The notes below the pieces were generated by a model, which searched no databases, was not told the DNA's origin, and worked only from the letters and a program-made list of their open reading frames with translations. Of a stretch of 20,000 bases of DNA, positions 17,301 to 20,000 are shown piece after piece (the stretch's first letter is position 1; each line of letters starts with the position of its first letter). The position numbers and the translations under genes were made by a program. Origin of the DNA: Barthelona sp. PCE (Eukaryota); contig JAUFOR010000006.1 of NCBI GenBank assembly GCA_040285745.1, positions 668,708 through 688,707 of the forward strand, in the 5' to 3' direction.

Positions 17301-19868
17301 GGTCCTTATCAGACGTTCTATCCTGCCGCCAGCGTTCACGGTGACGGTATGGTCGAAGTTGCTTCAGGTGCCAGTATTACATTCACTTGTAAGTATAACG
17401 TCACTGGTTTCCTTAAGGTTTCCGGTGGTGCTGCATACTTTGAGCCTGGTCTTGATCTTACTAACTTGGGTACTCTACTTTGGGTTGTTGGTGGTCAGTG
17501 TATCTTCCACGGTTACCCCTTGGTTGCAACCAATGTGGTTATCGATTTGGGTTACCTTTCCGTCGATGCTGAGGTTGAGATTCACGGAACGTTCGATCAG
17601 AACGGTGGTGAAGTTGATTTTGGAGCTAAATCAGAAATCTTTGGGCGCATGAACATCACTGACGGTATATTTGGAGGTGATGGTTCAATGGCAGCTTACA
17701 ATGAGTTTGGTTGGTACGGTGGTACCATAAAAGGCGGTAACATCTTTGAGCTTCTCGGTACAGTAGCCAAGTTTGGTGGAAGTCCCAAGATGCTGGATCA
17801 ACGTCGTTTCGAGCTCAAATGCAACACTTATTACACAGGTGGTGATATCACAGGTCGTAATGGTGCTTCTCTCATCATTACAACTGTAGCCCAATTCGAT
17901 TTACGTCCTGGTGCAAATATGCTTTATGATGGAACTGGTGCTCGCCCTGAACTGGGTAACGCAAACAGAATCATAAAACGTGAGTCTGACTCTGTCTTGA
18001 TCGAGTGGTACCTCAACACCATTGCTGATATTTCGCTCCTTGAGGGTGATCTTTCTTTCTCAGGTGGTGGTTTCGTTCGTGGAAACATATCTTTGAACGC
18101 TGCTACTCAGTTTGAGATCGATGGAACAACTTCTTTTGTGTTTGAATCGCATTCTCGTTGTATCGGTTTTGGTCGTCTAGCTCTTTCCGGCGGTCAGGTT
18201 AACGTGCACTCTTTCGCTTTTGTTAGCTTAGATGCTGGTTCCAGTATCAGAATTTCCGGTTCTTATGTAACTGTGGATGATGATGCTGTTGTTAGCGCAG
18301 AAGAGTTGGTTGTTTCTGGTGCATCTGGCTCTGTTTTGTCTTATGACGGTGTTAAACCACAGACTATTCCTCCACTCGTTGTGAATGGTGGTTCAGTTCG
18401 TGCTCTTTGTCCTGTTACAATGCCTAATGGAGCTATTTTCACTGCGGGTGAGTGTTCATTTGCTTCAACAGTTGATTTTATGGGTGCTACCGAAATTTCG
18501 GGTGGTGTTCACAGTTTCCACTCTGCTGTACGATTCTTTGATAACGTCTTCTTCTCTGGTGGTGAAATCAACGGTGAAGGTTTGCTTAATTTCACAAGCA
18601 ACGTGTTCTGGGATGGTGGTAAGTTCTCTGGAACTGGTACTGTCTATACAGAACAAACTGTTACTGTTGATACAACTGCTACTAAGGAGATTTCTGAAAG
18701 ATATTGGTCAGGTTTGGGTACATTCCGCTGGCGTCAGGGTGACATTGAACTCTCTGACTCTGCTTTCTTCAATAATAGCGCTTCATTTGTTGTAGATCTT
18801 CGTTCTTCTGCCACATTCAGTCATGTATCTGGATTAAGTTCTAAGCTGCATAACCAAGGAACATTCGACATTGACAATGATGCTTCTGCATATGAAGTTG
18901 CATTTGACATTGTCTTTGACCATATTGTTGGTGATATTAACATCAAACGTGGTATTTTGAACATTGGTAATGAATTTAGTTCATACGGTGATCTTACAGT
19001 TGATTCCGATGGTGTTTTCATCATTCATTCAGGTGAGCTTCATTTTTATGAGGGTTCATATGCTTCTGTCGGTCACTTTAAGATGAACGGTGGTACATGT
19101 TTCATTCACGAGTTAACCTGGGACACATCAAGCTTCGAGGTTAACGGTGGTTACCTTATTTTCCTCAAGGAGACTAACTTTGTTAATCTTGGTTTCCCAT
19201 GTGATTTGTTGGGCGGTGTAGTAGATTTCCGTACACCACCTCCAATTACATCAGTCATTGCAATCGATGGTGGTGAAATGCGTTTCAACTGTTTGAACTT
19301 CATTGTTCAGTCGCTTTCCCTTCAATCCGGTACACTAACTGGTAAGGGTGAAATTGTATGTGCATCATACTTCCTCTTTGTTTCTGGCCTCGTTGATGAT
19401 ATTGGATCAGTTGCTTCTTCCAACGTCACATTTGCAGGATCTGCAGGAACACCAATGAATATCAACCGTTTCACAATCATTAACCGAGCCTTTATGTTTT
19501 GGCAATCGGGTGAAATCTACGGTTCGAATGGTGCCAAAATCATCAATGATCCATCCACTTCATTTGAAATTCGTGTTACAACATCGTACGCAATGACTGT
19601 GGATAATATTCAAGTTCTCCCAGTACTTGAGAACCATGGTACCATCAGAAAGCTCGAAGCCGGTCAGGCAGAGATCAACTGGGAGGTTGTTTCTTATGAT
19701 GACTCACGTATGTTCATTATTGAGGGTGACATTGCTATGTATGACAACAAGGTTGATCAACGTTCTGGCTCTCTCATTTCTGTTGGTGCTGGAACTGTTC
19801 TTCGTGCGCGTCCATCCAGCATCCTTCATCATTGCTGCGCAGAGATCGCCTTGTCGCAGGTTCATTGA
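11358..19868 (+). CDS. Giant secreted/surface Gly-rich beta-strand-repeat (beta-solenoid, adhesin-like) protein, at least 2,815 aa; true C-terminus probably missing
   Basis: An 8.5-kb uninterrupted ORF with an N-terminal signal peptide (MRIAKSFLFLLLLVLSVFAVSA). It has pervasive x-phi-x-GG-x-phi-x-phi strand repeats, recurring ~260-300 aa modules and many N-x-S/T sequons. The last ~20 codons lie in a compositionally different segment and do not look like the repeat. Confidence 0.85.
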   Translation: MRIAKSFLFLLLLVLSVFAVSAKGKTCWGYWYNDNNCYFSQWRDWMCDGGTQTAPDSNIDVTAQSGYDFYVNVNRIIKTLWVKPGSGEVRALSPYTLTVNGLTKLERQIYPDVGGKFKFSDVELYGTTLGYPGVSSCSSRDIEVTGTMTVKSDSAVLYCVDLVVENLEIESTKWRLGVGGRLTVNGELKLPPSGAVFENYDTNYANVYLYGLVTKVGITTHLEFQTHVTTSAQWSLEGGTVHFDLCFYSVTPDGSYNTDPGVFGPGDWVLKNSGFSPSVSFQDRTDMNCYNNFEKQFFFKYEGMSVKFNLYFGGYSYNLRPLTDWDYINIDNLGLSATEVTIDCTSAMDVLIPVKELHYHTNLKETSFPRRCNFFVDELIVDSSINNIRSSIIDSSRANFTLLDLTVDNGLTAQIVGELDLNGDCTITSGALRVTAPVTFAGDIYLHNAYVYGGSVIHGNNTHFLDAMGKRISNTKMNMEYKFDWQNGNITCGNSILDGGIFIKKDYSHFFQEDLSVNPCTLNITNEFEVPADHSVIEALLDVYAEMYCTGDSIRFRGGGYWRNYLNIDHILIFSKSDKISDFQQTWQIMVNQAFRIGDAFEIDGAELNVNEGLWNTSYDPTLLLRSGYIFFNTNDSIGTIELRGGEAYFFDVGRVNVMRVYSGLHRSEAFFNASQVSFLAGNSKFIFNAEADIDKLVVENSHFVSSKDKFTCADVSLIGGTLELNGPGVIEKIIVSGGNFSGIAETNVTRLYHTGGYISGNHISWYSDRSVLNVDYFNSTSNVVKYLNTRNIKIHKRMWYRASGGYTYCYYGTHIEIMPGADLVWDPQDGSVARFYKYDVAGEICSITVHDNAAMYSVDSATVYMYVQYNIEGLFYLNDSSTFFMGGGNSIITGEVRIPASSTLNLAGLYYTNQRYSYVDIFEPAYILNSGTLKLTGRNIVYLHDNATINIGDNLNVAGDRYSWLDYHPDLNVTDLVVTTGSLHVFENTLFEVDTITCVSNGSLITDSNTVVSDHITVNNGYHSFNKNVTVDTLNHNGGTTIINNTAVITTLHICGGHLKINGDLLVDDIDFCGGTLTVYGELRTSTIVYAAGSLNSNGITYLDYLEVSHTNARFKHLICNHTNIIGGYLYSWKFEGNYTEMSSGRWYTYDQTNITDIHFTDGRAYFDGLLRADSLLIEGGQHTATKAGYVNNITHIDGDYTPYTNSDFDNYLLLGGRMLLSYSFSICNFNFSGGYFQGTSRVLTVNCDMYIYSDDDKRWSSDLITNGNVYYLSGKVIVYQGVWWKNYGTVKITTLDPSWDLINYHPTHSPSQNVMQQHGTLNITVPLIMEWKVVNYGDMVLFNDSGIVELRSFQNYGVLTVSGGVDAYFHYATRLEYLSVIQGDGDLFINTWSGDTTFYVLGGATFDMHGKITCRYGTVTFYLNSELKQVGWHLSVEGSSVTFPTDGDLTFNLIEISSGVLNMQSKINIDILDAQGGTTYLYDSTVNTTTVQSSNVYLRDTYDLVDVTVNSGELHVQYSGNVQNITQDGGTIDIETASKLLTVQGYFLNSGHFTGVGGILINEYIAFIGGRISGTGVFRTNNLVEIYSGVLKEVRQRSLDLKGRTVIIDCEIDFYSYAQFGIAASGTLILEATNIPIKFNEKQTAAPSRVHCLGRVEKYGFRQAQLDLYSYFSAPVDLVAGELLFSRDGEVYSYVTIAAGANFEITNGFAFGFGSDLTVFGNMTLSGGTVDFDLTFYNFTNGYTVINDGDVTYLASVFLTHPGEHFIINGGDVHFDRLNVDFANITVNGGTLLLDSMVTAVYLDQFGGDITIPRHMLVSGIYNLYGGSIIDTSLVTVSGPLNWYGGSISGSGRILTDGGVVIYSGVSAKVLEIKEFFNTKECVWLEGDIVANDGALFKNLGESSIVLQPGGSFLQGTGDAAILENQGTIEKFDFGVANFNIMVDHSGFVIVHEGRLTFTAGVAAIGDLDVKFGSVVEFSGPYQTFYPAASVHGDGMVEVASGASITFTCKYNVTGFLKVSGGAAYFEPGLDLTNLGTLLWVVGGQCIFHGYPLVATNVVIDLGYLSVDAEVEIHGTFDQNGGEVDFGAKSEIFGRMNITDGIFGGDGSMAAYNEFGWYGGTIKGGNIFELLGTVAKFGGSPKMLDQRRFELKCNTYYTGGDITGRNGASLIITTVAQFDLRPGANMLYDGTGARPELGNANRIIKRESDSVLIEWYLNTIADISLLEGDLSFSGGGFVRGNISLNAATQFEIDGTTSFVFESHSRCIGFGRLALSGGQVNVHSFAFVSLDAGSSIRISGSYVTVDDDAVVSAEELVVSGASGSVLSYDGVKPQTIPPLVVNGGSVRALCPVTMPNGAIFTAGECSFASTVDFMGATEISGGVHSFHSAVRFFDNVFFSGGEINGEGLLNFTSNVFWDGGKFSGTGTVYTEQTVTVDTTATKEISERYWSGLGTFRWRQGDIELSDSAFFNNSASFVVDLRSSATFSHVSGLSSKLHNQGTFDIDNDASAYEVAFDIVFDHIVGDINIKRGILNIGNEFSSYGDLTVDSDGVFIIHSGELHFYEGSYASVGHFKMNGGTCFIHELTWDTSSFEVNGGYLIFLKETNFVNLGFPCDLLGGVVDFRTPPPITSVIAIDGGEMRFNCLNFIVQSLSLQSGTLTGKGEIVCASYFLFVSGLVDDIGSVASSNVTFAGSAGTPMNINRFTIINRAFMFWQSGEIYGSNGAKIINDPSTSFEIRVTTSYAMTVDNIQVLPVLENHGTIRKLEAGQAEINWEVVSYDDSRMFIIEGDIAMYDNKVDQRSGSLISVGAGTVLRARPSSILHHCCAEIALSQVH

Positions 19869-20000
19869 GGGCGAGGGCCATCAACACGATCCGGAGAAGT
19901 CCTGGTCCAGGCACGATTTTAGCGAAGTCCACCCATCGTCCATCAGTCCGCCGATCTGATCCAGGTAGATGTCCTTCAGACCGACCAGGTGATAACACGT
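19805..20000. other. High-GC segment of different composition abutting or truncating the giant ORF (insertion or assembly junction)
   Basis: Hand count gives 112/200 GC (56%) for 19801-20000, against about 40-45% in the preceding two 60-nt lines. The repeat pattern of the giant protein is lost and an in-frame TGA follows within ~20 codons. Confidence 0.55.

Noticed and set aside
13423..18795. Many alternative-frame ORFs within the giant gene, and similar shadow ORFs inside the other genes
   Set aside because: These are expected shadows of T-ending codon bias, giving Leu/Val-rich translations with no independent coding signal.
1..20000. Alternative genetic code (stop reassignment as in hexamitids, ciliates or Blastocrithidia)
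   Set aside because: All conserved proteins are full length under the standard code. TAA and TAG both terminate at the expected C-termini, and no in-frame stops interrupt them.
1..20000. CRISPR arrays, tRNA/rRNA genes, transposase or reverse transcriptase ORFs, telomeric repeats
   Set aside because: I saw no regularly spaced repeats, cloverleaf/T-loop signatures or such coding motifs. Nearly all of the window is accounted for by the nine CDSs.

Overview
This is eukaryotic nuclear DNA from an extremely compact, apparently intron-free genome read with the standard code. A streamlined protist such as a metamonad-like flagellate is a guess, not an identification. Nine protein-coding genes are tightly packed. 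In order they are: the C-terminal multi-pass membrane module of a probably 5'-truncated receptor-like protein, cohesin subunit Scc3/STAG, a TTP/ZFP36-type tandem CCCH zinc-finger protein, eIF3i, a TM9SF/EMP70 nonaspanin, SRP14, a divergent TATA-binding protein, PTPA, and a giant (>2,800 aa) secreted Gly-rich beta-solenoid repeat protein. I cannot demonstrate a complete new multi-gene system. The best leads are: (i) stop codons fused with AATAAA/AGTAAA poly(A)-like signals, with intergenic gaps as small as 18-24 bp; (ii) a TBP lacking both C-terminal-repeat DNA-intercalating Phe residues, alongside Inr-like TTTTCAY motifs just upstream of several ATGs; (iii) the giant adhesin-like protein built from ~260-300 aa bacterial-style modules; (iv) an abrupt shift to ~56% GC at ~19,805 that appears to truncate that giant gene; (v) small structured repeat elements in the two divergent intergenic regions. 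All family calls come from recognising motifs by eye, with no database searches.
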